35,802 nt of DNA, taken from Streblomastix strix (lineage: Eukaryota). The notes under the pieces were generated by a model. That model saw only the letters and a program-made list of their open reading frames with translations, had not been told where the DNA came from and made no database searches. This document shows positions 20,257-33,800 of the stretch, one piece after another; positions within the stretch are counted from its first letter, which is position 1; each line of letters opens with the position of its first letter. Position numbers and translations under genes: made by a program. Where the stretch lies: NCBI GenBank assembly GCA_008636045.1, contig SNRW01000045.1, forward strand, positions 1-35,802, given 5' to 3'.

Positions 20257-23118
20257 ATTCATCTATTTTTCAAGTCTAATTTTCAATATTCCAATAAGAT
20301 CTGATTATGTTAATATCTTTTGAATTTTTTTAGAAGATGTATTGGAATGTGAGAATTAATTATTGTCTTTCAATATGTTATTTAATGGCATCTATCAGAT
20401 CATATCCAGAATCAAGAATATGTTCGCGCATTTGATTCATTTCTCCATAATCTATTCTTGTTAATATTATTAAATATTAAGATTTAATAATAAATTATAA
20501 ATATATAATTATTCATAAAATATAAATATAAAACATACAAGTTCGCATGGATGGCATCATTTGAATCTCTTTTTCATTTTCATCAACTGGTAATAATTCA
20601 ATCAGTTTTTATGAGCGAGCAGAAAGACCTTGCATATGATCAACATAAGGAAAGATATTCAAAAGAACATCACCTGAATTATTAATAATATTAAAATGAG
20701 TTAAAATTAACGAATTTAATAAAATATAAAATTATTTACAAGTTTACTAAAATTAAAAGAAAATAAATAAAATTATTTATGAATAATCAAACCATCAATA
20801 ATTAAACAACATGCAATTGTGATGATCATCATCAACTTATCAGATATATTAACTATACTCACTCCAGAGTCCGTTATTTTAGTTGTCAACACGTCCATAC
20901 CTTCACGTAAGTCATATCGAATGGCTGAGATAACAAAACGAATCTGAATGAATATGAATATAAATATAAATAAAATTAATGAACAAGAAAATATAAATAT
21001 TATTCCATTAATAGAAATAACGAAACTATAAAGACCAACTTCATTCATCTTCTCAGTAATCTTACCAATCGGTGATTCCAGGAGCTGCATCACATACAAC
21101 CTCATTCTTGACACAAGATCAGATACTCCATATATTGGAGGAGTAACTTAGAATACTCTATCTGCACTCGCTGATGTGCATTCATCATCCTTCAATAAAC
21201 ACTTTTATTATTCAAACATGAGATCGTCGTTGATACTTGGACTCATTCTTCCAGATGTTATCTGATCTATTAGTTCATCCCCTAGCAATGTGTATCAACT
21301 TGTCCCAAAGTGTGTGTCCATGTGCAGTTTGTTGAAGTAATCTGATGCTTTGTTTGCGACTTGGAGGAGGAGCTTACGATCTGTTGTTACATGTGAGTCA
21401 TCCTGCCAAACTGGAGTGAAACGATGAATAAAGAAAAAATATGATATATAATGAATATAAAAATTCTAAAAATATGATGTAAAATAAATAAATAAGTAAT
21501 ATACTGGAGTTAGTTGTAGTTGGAAAAATAATATGATCAATTGGTTTGACACAGGAATAATTAGTGACCACGCTTTAAATAATTAAATTAAAGATTAATA
21601 AATAATCAAATTTATCCTAAGTATCAAATTTTAACAAATTAATTTCAATTAAAACAAACCTCAACAAGAAGAATTATATCTGTGAAGGAGATGGTAGCCT
21701 CATTCCAGATAAAAGTATATTTGAAGGTGCCAATGAATAATTCTCCACAAATACAACAAGAAGAATCAATTAAGTCATAAAAACAACGAAAATGATCACA
21801 GTTCCAATTGTCATGTGAATGTAATCTTTCTTTTCAACTACTGATGAGATTTTGTTATAGTCAGCCTAATTGATATAATTTAATATATGAGAAAATAATG
21901 AAAGAATAAAAATCATTAGCATAATTGTTTAATTTTAAATATATTTAATATATTCAAATATTACTATTCAATAATTTTTATTTAATTTCACACTTAAAGC
22001 TCATTAATCTGTTATTCCAATTTCTTTTCCCAAATATCATCATCAATCTTATTTCTAACATAACCCAACTACTCTTATTCTTTTGCACTCTGTTTCTTTA
22101 CTCCATCTTCATCCATATTATCATCATCTGATTCTTATCATTATTCATCATAATCTTCTGATCCATCTGAACGATTCTTCCTTTTTTAATTCTTATGATA
22201 ACCATGTTCATGATGGTGGATGAAATTACTGAGAAATCCATGGTGTGTTTCATTTTCTTTATCATTACTATGATTTTTGTCTTTTTTTTATTTTTATTTT
22301 TATCGTGATCTTTTTCTTTGATACTTTTTCTATCTTCTTCTTCGTCATCATGTTTATCTATTTTTGATTTCAATATTGCTAAATTTTTTTTTCTTTTACT
22401 TTTTCTTTATATTAATTCATTTAATTCTACATTTGAATTTTACATTTGCTTCTACAAATACATTTATTATTGTATCATCATTTGTGGATCAATTCGCATC
22501 ATTTATGGATTAATAGTCAAATGAAGTGATTGCAGTTGAAACAATTGGAATAAATAATACACGGATTACTGGAGATACAAGCCACCGCTTTACATAGATT
22601 ACCCATGGTTATTTTGTCACTATTTCTTTATACTGTAATGCACAAACTCCATACACTATAATGCAACCACCGATGATGATTAAGAATCCAACTGCCATAA
22701 ATACTTCGTTCTTTCCTATTATAAGCCCAACTGAGGTGAGATTTATAAAATTCAGACCCTAAATAATATAAATATGTAAATAATTAATAGGAGAAAATAA
22801 AAATAAATTTAAATTTGTGCAAACATAAGAAAGAGTGGTTTGCAACTCGGTTTCATGGTCAATTCGGAAGAACCCAAGTGTAGTCAGCATTAGAAAGTTC
22901 AAAAACCAGAATATTAGTTGCATGCTCGCATGGCAGCGCTTCTCAAGAGGATAAAGTGGGAAAAGAAAACCATAAAGAATCTCTTGACCTTTGCTCAGTT
23001 GATTTCCACCTCCTCGTTGTCCAAGTGCAGCTGTGCTCCCTTGCGAGCTCACACTCTTTGTTTCATCCCGTGACATTTCTCTGAAAAATTATTTAAAAAT
23101 TAATTAACTAATTTATAT
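20257..23118. repeat. Direct segmental duplication of ~27862-30075 plus ~35201-35802
   Basis: Long co-linear identity including introns, e.g. 20773-21440 vs 28376-29030 and 22516-23110 vs 35206-35800. Confidence 0.92.
20270..23076 (-). pseudogene. Internally deleted paralog of the TmcB/TmcC-like gene at 27874-35767
   Basis: Highly similar 5' exons and 3' exons are joined at ~22515, lacking ~5 kb. The join is out of frame (SFD then TGA within a few codons). A TCA>TGA nonsense change lies at 21297-21295. Confidence 0.85.
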
Positions 23119-23380
23119 AACAATATAAACTCAAGGGAATGAATAGAAACTAAAATTTAAAAAATTGCGGCAAATTTAAACGAAATAGAATTTATTTTAT
23201 TTTCAATTTATATATTCATTGTTGAAAACATATTTTTATTGATTAATTATTTGTATTTATTAGTAATGATACCTGTACGCTGATTTCAATCAACCCCAAT
23301 TCGCTGTAAAGTTATTCAAATCTAACCTTAAAGCATTCCCTGTTTTTAATAAATATTGTTGCTTCAAAAATTTTAATGTG

Positions 23381-23641
23381 TCCATTGAGCTGATTGCAAC
23401 TCGGCGAGGGCAGCATGAATATGAAAGTATGAATGTTGCTGTAGCTGGCGAAGGTCTGAGAAGCGAAGATTCCGAAAGGAGATGCGGCGAAAGCTGCGTT
23501 GCTTGAGCAAGAGAAACAAACACAACAAAAACAAATACAAATTTATGCAACTAATAATTAATTTGGATCTTCACGCATTGCTTAATTGCTATGCTTGGTT
23601 CATTCTGCACTGACAACACGATTCAGATTACAGTTCAAGGA
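23381..23641 (+). ncRNA. Nuclear (eukaryotic-type) RNase P RNA
   Basis: CR-I GAAGGUCUGAGA (23450-23461) and CR-V AACACGAUUCAGAUUAC (23615-23631) form P4. P1 UCC(A)UUGAGCUG/CAGUUCAAGGA; P3 hairpin with internal loop; P7 AAGCGA/UUGCUU; P8 and P9 with GAAA loops; P10/11; CR-II AGAGAAAC; CR-III-like UGGAU; CR-IV-like AAUUGCU. Confidence 0.92.
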
Positions 23642-24250
23642 GCAAATAAACATCAAAATGAGCTGATTTTTTATTCATCTTCATAATTTTTGCTTTCAAA
23701 TTTTAATCAAATGTGAATAAAAGAAAATTATATAAAAACAGATCAGATTTTAAGACATAATTTGTATTAGAAATAAATAGAAATAAATATAAAAAAAATT
23801 GGAGTCTAAAAAAATAAATTTTTATAATAAAAATATATCAGTATTGACCTTCATAATCATCTCATTACAATCACATTATGTTGTAATACTCTGCACAAGC
23901 TCTATACTCATAAATTTGGATTCTTCAGGTTTATTTAATATATCTAATCAAAATGTTTTGAGAAATTCATTTTAATTCAAGTTCAGAATCTTCTTTATTA
24001 TTCTTAAACATCCAAGCTCATCAACAACTAGATTGTGCTTCACCGAGTTCACTTAGCACACAAGCAACCATTCAATTAATTCAAGAGGGTGCATTATAAT
24101 TAAAAATGCAATTTCAGAATCTAACTATTATACTTGCCTTACGAAGAAAATAGCTTGAAGAATACTTCAAATCCGCCTTATAATACCATAGTATCTGATT
24201 CATCATCTCGTTTATCTACTGTAACTACTCTATTTTCCAATAAACAACAG

Positions 24251-25299
24251 TGGGTAAAAATCTGAGCTAACTGCAAAAATGTACGATGGATCAATTTTAG
24301 AAAAACGCGATATATATTATGAGGCTGAGATTAGGAAAATGGTTCAGAAAATGTGCGCTCCGCTTCCAAAATTAATTAAAATTAAGGTATTAAAATAATA
24401 ATTGATGTCAGAATCAGGAGAAAAAAATAAGGAATTTTTTGGCATAACTAATTGTTTAAATGCTTCCAATTTTCTGAAAATTTATTTGAATCAGGGGCGA
24501 ATGAAAGAAAACATTTATGACTTAATTTAATTATTATTATAAGTAAAGTTGGAACTGAAAATTTGAAAAAACATCCCGAATTTTAAATGTAAAAATTATT
24601 TGATAATATCATGTTTATTTGTTGTATACGTCAAAATAATTTGTAGAAATGCATATATGAGTTGTTTTATTATTTTAGGTTGGTCAGCGTGCAATTTTTT
24701 TCTTGAAAGTCAAATCTGCCGATTAATAATAATTAAAAATATATAATTGTATAGTTAAATCCAATAAAAATATAAATATAATAAATTAACTTGATTTAAA
24801 TAGTTTATGGTTGAATATATTATGCAAAAAAGTCGTTTCAATTCTGAAATTTCTTAAAATGATTCCGAAGCAGCGAAGCAGTAAATTTTGTCAATTGTTA
24901 TATTATTAGCATTATGTCCTCAGAAAATTTAATGAAATAATGTTAATTATGAAAATTATAATTGAGATGTTTGTGAAACTGTTCATAAAAAATCAACCTA
25001 TGGAAGTTGTCTTTAATCTTGGCCATAAATGTCATTTTAATTACACAAATTTAATAATTTTACATTTATCATTGAGAGTAATACAATTTATTAACAATTA
25101 CAATATAATTCTTTAATCCTATTTTTTTACACAAAAAATAAAAAGCCTTCTGTTTCTCGATAACTTTCTAATTAACATATATCAAAGAGTTCAAAAACCT
25201 ACGAGACTTGGGTCATAGATCAACAATTTATTAATAACTCAAAAATGACCCATCGTACATATTTAATAAGACTTTACAGAAAGCTCAGATTTTTACCCA
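24251..25299. repeat. Inverted-repeat pair bounding ~1.05 kb (possible decayed MITE/TIR element)
   Basis: TGGGTAAAAATCTGAGCT at 24251-24268 is the exact reverse complement of 25282-25299; a second block at 24279-24298 matches 25242-25260. Confidence 0.6.
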
Positions 25300-26234
25300 A
25301 TCAAACTTTAAATTCATTCAAGTGACCAACATCGCCAATTGTCACAAATTAAGTACTAAAATACATCCTATTTATCATGTCACAGCTAAATATATGCATA
25401 ATATAAATATTTGTTATTCAGATGATGAGAAAATGAGTAAATATTCTTACAAATTATCTGGCCTGCTCTATTCATAATATGTAACCTTACAATTAACTGT
25501 AAATATTTCATAATAAGTTGTGGCTAAATTTACTCATGATTGTGTTTGATATTCGAAGCGGAAATTAATTAATATTTTTATATATCGATATTTCACGGGT
25601 CAATCATTTTTGCATCATTATGTTTGTACTATTTTACAATGAATTACTTTTTTTATAATATTATTGATTAAAATAATGCTAATTTTGAACTTGGAACTTC
25701 TTACCAATCGAATAAATTGGAAGCAAATTTGTGCTGTACACGCTAAATAATTTTTTACGATAGTAACAAATTTGCTCTAAACTAAAATATTGGTAAGTAT
25801 TTTATTTAATTATTAATTAGATTAACACCTGACCAAACCTTAATGAATGTTGAAACAAAATTTTAAATTTATATTGCAAAATGCAAGTTAACACTACAGT
25901 TTTGATCTATATTCCTTAATTGATAATTAACTAAATTTAATTCATTAATAAAATTTGATAAATATTCTATTCAATAAAAATCTACAATTGTTGAAAAAGC
26001 TTTATGAAAAAGATTTTCTCTAATTTTTACAAATATCTGTTTAAATCTTTGAAATTTTTTCATATATTGATTAATCCATTGTATTTTATTCATTATTAAT
26101 GATTCTGATATTTATAATATTCTTATTTGCTTTATCTCTTTAAATCTTTATTCCGAATAATTTTCCAATAATTTTTTTTTATTTCAAGATTTTTATTTTT
26201 ATTAATTAATTATTTTATATTCAGAAACATCGGA

Positions 26235-27570
26235 ATGGACCATGAAAGTGAATATAATATAGATGGAAGTCTGTTGGGATTGGGACCTGATATTCTTCTT
26301 GATTTGATGTCTGAAATGAAATTGCCTCAAGATATATAATAGATTCTTGTTTCATGTAAAAAGATTTATAATTTAAAAGATCATCCCAGATTTCTTCATA
26401 TAATATAATCGATGAGTATGAATAAATATTAAAAATAAGGAAATATTTCTTTATTAAATATTATCATTTTATTTCTTTATTTATTTTATCCAATCATTTA
26501 TTAATCTTCAGTTCAAATTACACCCATTTTCATTATTAAAGAATCATATTAAGGAAAACAAGTAGAAAATAAGTTTATTCATTCGGATGAGGATTAACTT
26601 TGCACAATAACCATTGACCCTATTATAAGTGAAGGCATTGTGAGAATAGAAATCATCCTTGAAAATACTGGAGGAATTGGTTATTGTATGTTAATATGAA
26701 TTAATGAATGTGAATATAAGAATGATAATTATAATGTTTTTATTCTCTATTTCATTCCACTATATATTTGTTACAGCCATGGGTATTGCAGATACATCTT
26801 GCTCTTTTACTGTTAGGAAGGCGCCATTATAAGAAGAAAGTAATTATTTAATATAATTTTTTTTTACTTATTTTTCTGTCCAAATTAATATTTAATATTA
26901 AATATTGATAGTAATTAATCTAAAATTTAATTTGACTTATTTTATTAATTTTCTTATTAATTTTACATTGTAATTTATTTAACTTTTTATTAAATATTTC
27001 TTATAAAGATCGAGAAAAGATTGTTTCATACAGTTGTTTGTATGAATTATATATATTTTTAAATTGCAATAATAATAATATTCTTATAATAATTGTATCA
27101 ATATTTTCATTATTTATTAATCATAATAACTCAATTATTTTATCAATTCATTCTCTTTTTTCATTCATTTTATTATCAGCGGAAACCTTGACCACATAAC
27201 CAGAGGTCCAAAGAATTAAAGATATTATGTTGGATAAAAAGTAGGAATTGAAGTAGACATGACAACAGTTCCGCGTAAAGTTACATTTTTCGTGGACGAT
27301 GTCGAACAGCCAAATTATGTGATTGGTATTCCGTCTGAGATTAGATTCTGGGTACGTTTACAAATACAAATTAATAAATATATATTTTAATTTAGTTATT
27401 TATTTTATATATAATTATTATTCAACATTTATTTATTTATTTCATTCATTCAGGCCTACATTTATTTTGGACGTTCTTCCTTCACAGTAACAAAATTCGA
27501 GCGACTAATTAAATCATCTGCAAAAGGAGTTGAAGGATCGAAAGTATTAGAATGGGGGAAAACATGGTGA
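26235..27570 (+). CDS. Host protein with an N-terminal F-box-like helix and a B30.2/SPRY-like domain; about 5 GT-AG introns
   Basis: Exons read SLLGLGPDILLDLMSEM...; CTITIDPIISEGIVRIEI; MGIAD; GQKVGIEVDMTTVPRKVTFFVDDVEQPNYVIGIPSEIRFW; ...LEWGKTW* (TGA 27568-27570). Exons are separated by very AT-rich introns. Confidence 0.8.
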
Positions 27571-27873
27571 ATGAATAATTGAATGAAAAAGAATATAATA
27601 ATTAATATGATTCAATTCAATAGAAAGAGTTTAATTCACTTCAATTCTGTTTTATTTTTAGTCTTCATTATTGATACTGTCTTAATTTTGAACATCATCG
27701 GTTTATTCTCATATCAATGAATAAAACAAATTATTTGCTAGTAATAATTTTAAAATAAAAATTTGTAATTAAACAGAGCATATTCACAATTCTTTTTTTT
27801 TATTCAACTTGTTTCAAAATCATTTAAAACATAAACTGATTTTATTAATCTTTATCTCTAATTCATCTATTTT

Positions 27874-30800
27874 TCAAGTCTAGCCATCATTATTCCAATA
27901 AGATCTGATTATGTTAATATCTTTTGATTTTATTTTGATGATATTTTGGAATGCGAGAATTAATTATTGTCTTTCAATATGTTATTTAATGGCATCTATC
28001 ATATCTTAACCAGAATCAAGAATATGTTCGCGCATTTGATTCATTTTCTAAAAATCTGTTTTTGTTTATATTATAAAATATTAAGATTTAATAATAAATT
28101 GTAAATATATAATTATTCATAAAATATAAATATAAAACATACAAGTTCGCATGGATGGCATCATTTGAATCTCTTTTTCATTTTCATCAACTGGTAATAA
28201 TTCAATCAGTTTTTATGAGCGAGCAGAAAGACCTTGCATATGATCAACATAAGGAAAGATATTGAAAAGAACATCACCTTAATTATTAATAATATTAAAA
28301 TGAGATAAAATGAATTAAATTAATAAAATATAAAAATTATATGATTATTCAAATTAAAATAGATAGAAAATAAAATTATTTATGAGTAATCAAACCAACA
28401 ATAATTAAACAACATGCAATTGTGATGATCATCATCAACTTATCAGATATATTAACTGTACTCACACCAGAGTCCGTTATTTTAGTTGTCAACACGTCCA
28501 TACCTTCACGTAAGTCATATCGAATGGCTGAGATAACAAAACGAATCTGAATGAATATAAATATAAATAAAATTAATGAACAAGAAAATATAAATATTAT
28601 TCCATTAATAGAAATAACGAAATTATAAAGACCAACTTCATTCATCTTCTCAGTAATCTTACCAATCGGTGATTCCAGGAGCTGCATCACATACAACCTC
28701 ATTCTTGACACAAGATCAGATACTCCATATATTGGAGGAGTAACTTAGAATACTCTATCTGCACTCGCTGATGTGCATTCATCATCCTTCAATAAACACT
28801 CTTATTATTCAAATAGTAGATGGTCGTTGATACTTGGACTCATTCTTCCAGATGTTATCTGATCTATTAGTTCATCCCCTAGCAATGTGTATGAACTTGT
28901 CCCAAAGTGTGTGTCCATGTGCAGTTTGTTGAAGTAATCTGATGCTTTGTTTGCGAGTTGGAGGAGGAGCTTACGATCTGTTGTTACATGCGAGTCATCC
29001 TGCCAAACTGGAGTGAAATGATGAATAAAGAAATAATATGATATATAATGAATATGAAAAATCTAAAAATATGAAATAAAAAAAGTAATATACTGGAGTT
29101 AGTTGTAGTTGGAAAAATAATATGATCAATTGGTTTGACACAGGAATAATTAGCGATCACCCTACAAATAAATAAATAAATAAATAAAAAATTTAATTAA
29201 AACAAATATAACAAATTATAACAAATTATTTTCAATTAAAACAAACCTCAACAAGAAGAATTATATCTGTGAAAGAGTTGGTGGCCTCATTCCAGATAAA
29301 AGTATATTTGAAGGTGCCAATGAATAATTCTCAACAAATACAACAAGAAGAATCAATTAACTCATAAATACAACGAAAATGATCACAATTCCAATTGTCA
29401 TGTGAATATAATCTTTCTTTTCAACTAGCGATGGGATTTTGTTATAGTCAGCTTAATTAATTCAAATAATAAGTATGATAAAAAGATGAAGAGAATTATT
29501 ATTATTAGCTTTATTGCTAAATTTTAAATATATTTAAAATATTAATATTCAATAATTATTATTAAATATCATACTTAAAGTTCATTAATCTGTTATTCCA
29601 ACTTCTTTTCCTAAATATCATCATCAATCTTATTTCTAACATAACCCAACTACTCTTATTCTTTTGCACTCAGTTTCTTTACTAAATCTTCATCCATATT
29701 ATCATCATCTGACTCTTATGATTATTCATCATAATCATCTGATCCATCTGAACGATTCTTTCTTTTTTAATTCTTATGATGAACATGTTCATGTTCATGG
29801 ATGAAATTACTGAGAAATCCATGATGTGTTTCATCTTCTTTATCTTTACTAAGATTTTTGTCTTTATTTTTATTTTTATAGTGATCTTTTTCTTTGGTAC
29901 TTTTTCTATCTTCTTCTTCATCATCATGTTTATCTCTTTTTGATTTCAATGTTGCCAAACTTTTTTTCTTTTTCTTTTTCTTTTACTTTTTCTTATTATT
30001 AATTCATTTAATTCTACATTTGCATTTGCATCTATAAATAAATTTATTATTGCAACATCATCATCTGTAGATTCATTGTGTTTAAAGAAGGCATATTAAT
30101 TGGTGGGGTAGAATTAGTGCTTGCAAATGGATTTTATTGATCAGGAAGAGGAATTGGAGGAAGATTACTAACATCATTTAATGGTTAAGTTATAGGAAGA
30201 GAAGGTAATGCAAGTTAATTGGAATTATTAGATGATGATTAACTTTATTATTATTATTATACTTATAATTGAGCAGATGGCAAAGAAGGTTAAATTGTCT
30301 ATTGAGGGATTGGAGGTGGTTTCACATCTGATATATGAGCTTCTCCTTAGAATGGAGGTAATGATTTGATTGACAGATCAGGAAGAGGTGGAAGATTGGA
30401 TAAATCTAATTATACTGGTTATGTTGTATTTATATTGTTAGTTTATAATGCCTGAAGTTAGAATTACGGTAAACTGTTGTTAGGAACTTGTAATTGAAGA
30501 GGCATCATGTTCATATTCATGTTCATATTCTACAGCATTTAAGGATCAAATTATATGGGTGGCAATTATTGAATCTGCTATTGAACCATCATCATCAAGT
30601 TAGGATCAACATTACTCAGGTTTCCTTATAATGGTGCAATGTTCTGCATTGATAACAAACTTTGAACTTATAATTAATTCAACTGTGGTGTTAATATTCC
30701 ATCTTAACCTGGAGTACTAATTGATGGTATATATTGAGTCTGAAGAGCAGCTGATCTTGCATTTGTTGCTTCAGATGCATTAGATGATGTATTTGTATTT

Positions 30801-33800
30801 GAAGCTCCATGAAGAACACTTTAATCTGTTAATGCAGGTAATGCTGGCAATTATGAGAAATCTAATATTGCAGGTGCTTATTATTAATTATCTTAATTGT
30901 TTTCATCTGAATCTGAATCATCACTACTGCTATCATCTTAACTGATATCTTTTCTTTGATCGTTGATTCCAACTGCATTTCCTTTATCCTCCAATTGAAA
31001 AATTTGATCAGGTTTTTATTTGCTTTTCTTCTTTCCGCCTTTTTTATCACTTTTTCCTTTCTTTTTATCTTTTCCTTTATCCAATTTTTGTGATTTGCTC
31101 AGTTTTGATGGAACTTTTGTTGAACTTTTCTCATTTTACGATTTTTTGGTTGATTTTTCTGAATATTGTGAAATAGCAGTTGTTGTTGATGTTGATGGAT
31201 GCAAAGACAATTTTGATCCTTTTTAAGAAGACTGTGAAGAATTTTATCTCAAAAACAGTGATTCTTCAGATGAAGTTGATCCTGTTGTCAATGATTTCCC
31301 TAATTTCATATAATCATCAGGATTTAAGAATTGATCTTATTTAGATGATTTGCTTTTCTTATTGTCACTTTATTTTTCTTTTGTATCTGGCGTGCTTTTC
31401 TGGTCTTTTTCTGATACTTTAGATTGTTATCTTTTATTACTTATTTAATCATTATCATTATCATTAATCTTATCTGGGATACTTTATAACGATTGAAGAT
31501 TGAATTGTGAATCTTGGATAAACTGTGGAACTGGTGGTGAGAATAAATTAATTGCACCTGGGAATGGTTGATTCATTTAAGTTTATTATATTTATGGTTA
31601 TGCAGTACTTGATTATTATTATTAAGTAGATGATTTTTGTTTCTAATCAGCAGGCTTAATAAATGCCATTGATTAACCTTGATCGCCTTCTTTAATCTCT
31701 TATACATCGTCAAATGTCTGCATACTCATTTATGAAGCGTTGTTCTGCATCTGTTAAGCTGGATCCATCAGAATCTATGCGCTTCTTTGTGTGTTTGTGT
31801 TCGTTTTCAGATTCTTATTACTTACATTGTTGTTATTCGTGTTCATTGTGGCCATGTCTCTGCTTTGCCCAGTTCCAAGTAATCCAAAGCTTTGGTTAGT
31901 GCCCATCGCTAATGAAGCATCAACTGTGCCTTGAATTTCAGCATCTTCTTCCTTTTATTCAACAAATAATAAGAAATCGATGAATGAATAATGAATTGAT
32001 ATTTATAATTGATTAAATAATTTATTAATTTTATCTTTTTATTGTTAAATTTTAATACTTATAATAATCTTCTGATCACAGCTTGAAGTTTGGGTTTTGG
32101 AACATCAAGTAATTGTTGCATTACATATGTTCTTTCTTTTTAGATCTGTTATAATAATGATTAATAAATAAAATATTGATTTGATGTATTTATTTAAATT
32201 CGCATACTGTATATGAGAAGTAGACATAAGTTATTGCCAGAAGTGTAAGAACAACAAACATGAAGAAAACTTTTTATATAAAATAAAATAATAAAATATA
32301 TCCAATAAAATTAATAATATTATTTTATCTTATCTTATATCATATTTTTAATATAATTATTCTACATACTTATAATCACCAATACAGTAGCTAATATTTC
32401 CTTCTTCTAATGTACCATCTCTTACCAATATGATACCATCGCTCTTTTGCATGATTGAACACCAATCTACATTGAATTGAATATCATATAGACAATATCA
32501 TTGTAAAAAGTCGGTGAATCTAATCGAGGGTTGTTTGTGGTCATGTTTCCCAGTTGGCTGGATTTCTGAGCGAGATTAATGAGCACACGCATTAAATTGG
32601 TGCGCTATATAATAAATGAATGAATGAATAAATATAATTTATTAATATCAATATTAAATTTTATTATTTCTAATTCAATTGTTTATAAATTCTAGTTAAA
32701 AATATCAATTTATCCTGAGCTAACATCCTTGGATCTCTTTTAACTGGTCCTTATGATGTTGTATTGGTGTGTTCAATCTCAAATACATATGTATCTATAT
32801 CTGTTTACTAAATAATTATTATGGAAAATATAATAATGATAATAATGTATTTGTATGAATTGAATAAAATTAATATTATTAATTTAGTATATTAATATTA
32901 ATTAATCATAAATAATAAGCATATAAAAAATAATATAATCAAACTTCCCAAGGTACCATTACAGTCGTTTTATCATATATTTTGGATATAATATCAATTA
33001 TCGCTTTAGATTTATTCGTCATTTTTCCTTATAATTCTTCCCAGAAAGGAAATGGTTCAGCTTATCCATCACCAATACCTGAGAAGTTGAAGTTGTAGGC
33101 TATTCATTGAAGATATGAAAAGATTGGAAATAATGAAAAGTATATAATAGAGATGTAAATAAAAATAGAATGATTTGATTTAAAGTATATTTTTATAATA
33201 ATTTGCACACTTAAGTCTAAATATAATGTTTCTAATGCAAATGTTCCAATCTGGACTTCGTTCTAAGCCAAATCGCAAACACTGTACAGATTCTAAAGAC
33301 GTTAAATGTAAGATTTTGCCTGTAAATAAACATGAATATAATAAAAATTAAATTGATAAATCAAATTAAATAATAATAATAATAAATTTAGATTAATTTG
33401 ATAATTATTTAATATTCATTAAAAATAATTCCAATCAATTAACTAAATCTCACAAACCTATATCGAATATATAACAGCACCAAAAATAAGCCCAACAATG
33501 CATATAAAATGAGTTATAAGCACCAATCCCATAATTAACATCCTCATTGATGAATTATCTTCACCTTGCCCACCAGTTAGATCAGCTATTGCACTGTCTG
33601 CTTATGCACCATGACCTTTCTTCTTCTTCCTCTTCTTCCTTTGATTACTCGATTTCTAGCTCCTGTTCTACACAGTATTTGGTTGATCAAGTATATCTGC
33701 ATTAAGTCTTTCATTACCTTTTTGATCATACACGTTTATATTCGATTATGCAGGATCAGCATTCATAATTAGCGGATCTGTAGCTTGTGCCATATTATCG

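Noticed and set aside
23290..23550. 86-aa minus-strand ORF with a signal-peptide-like start
   Set aside because: It is antisense to the RNase P RNA; the hydrophobic start derives from the A/C-rich tract.
24675..25842. Weak inverted similarity around AGGTTGGTCAG / CTGACCAAACCT
   Set aside because: Short and gapped in AT-rich DNA, and interleaved rather than nested with the other IR pair.
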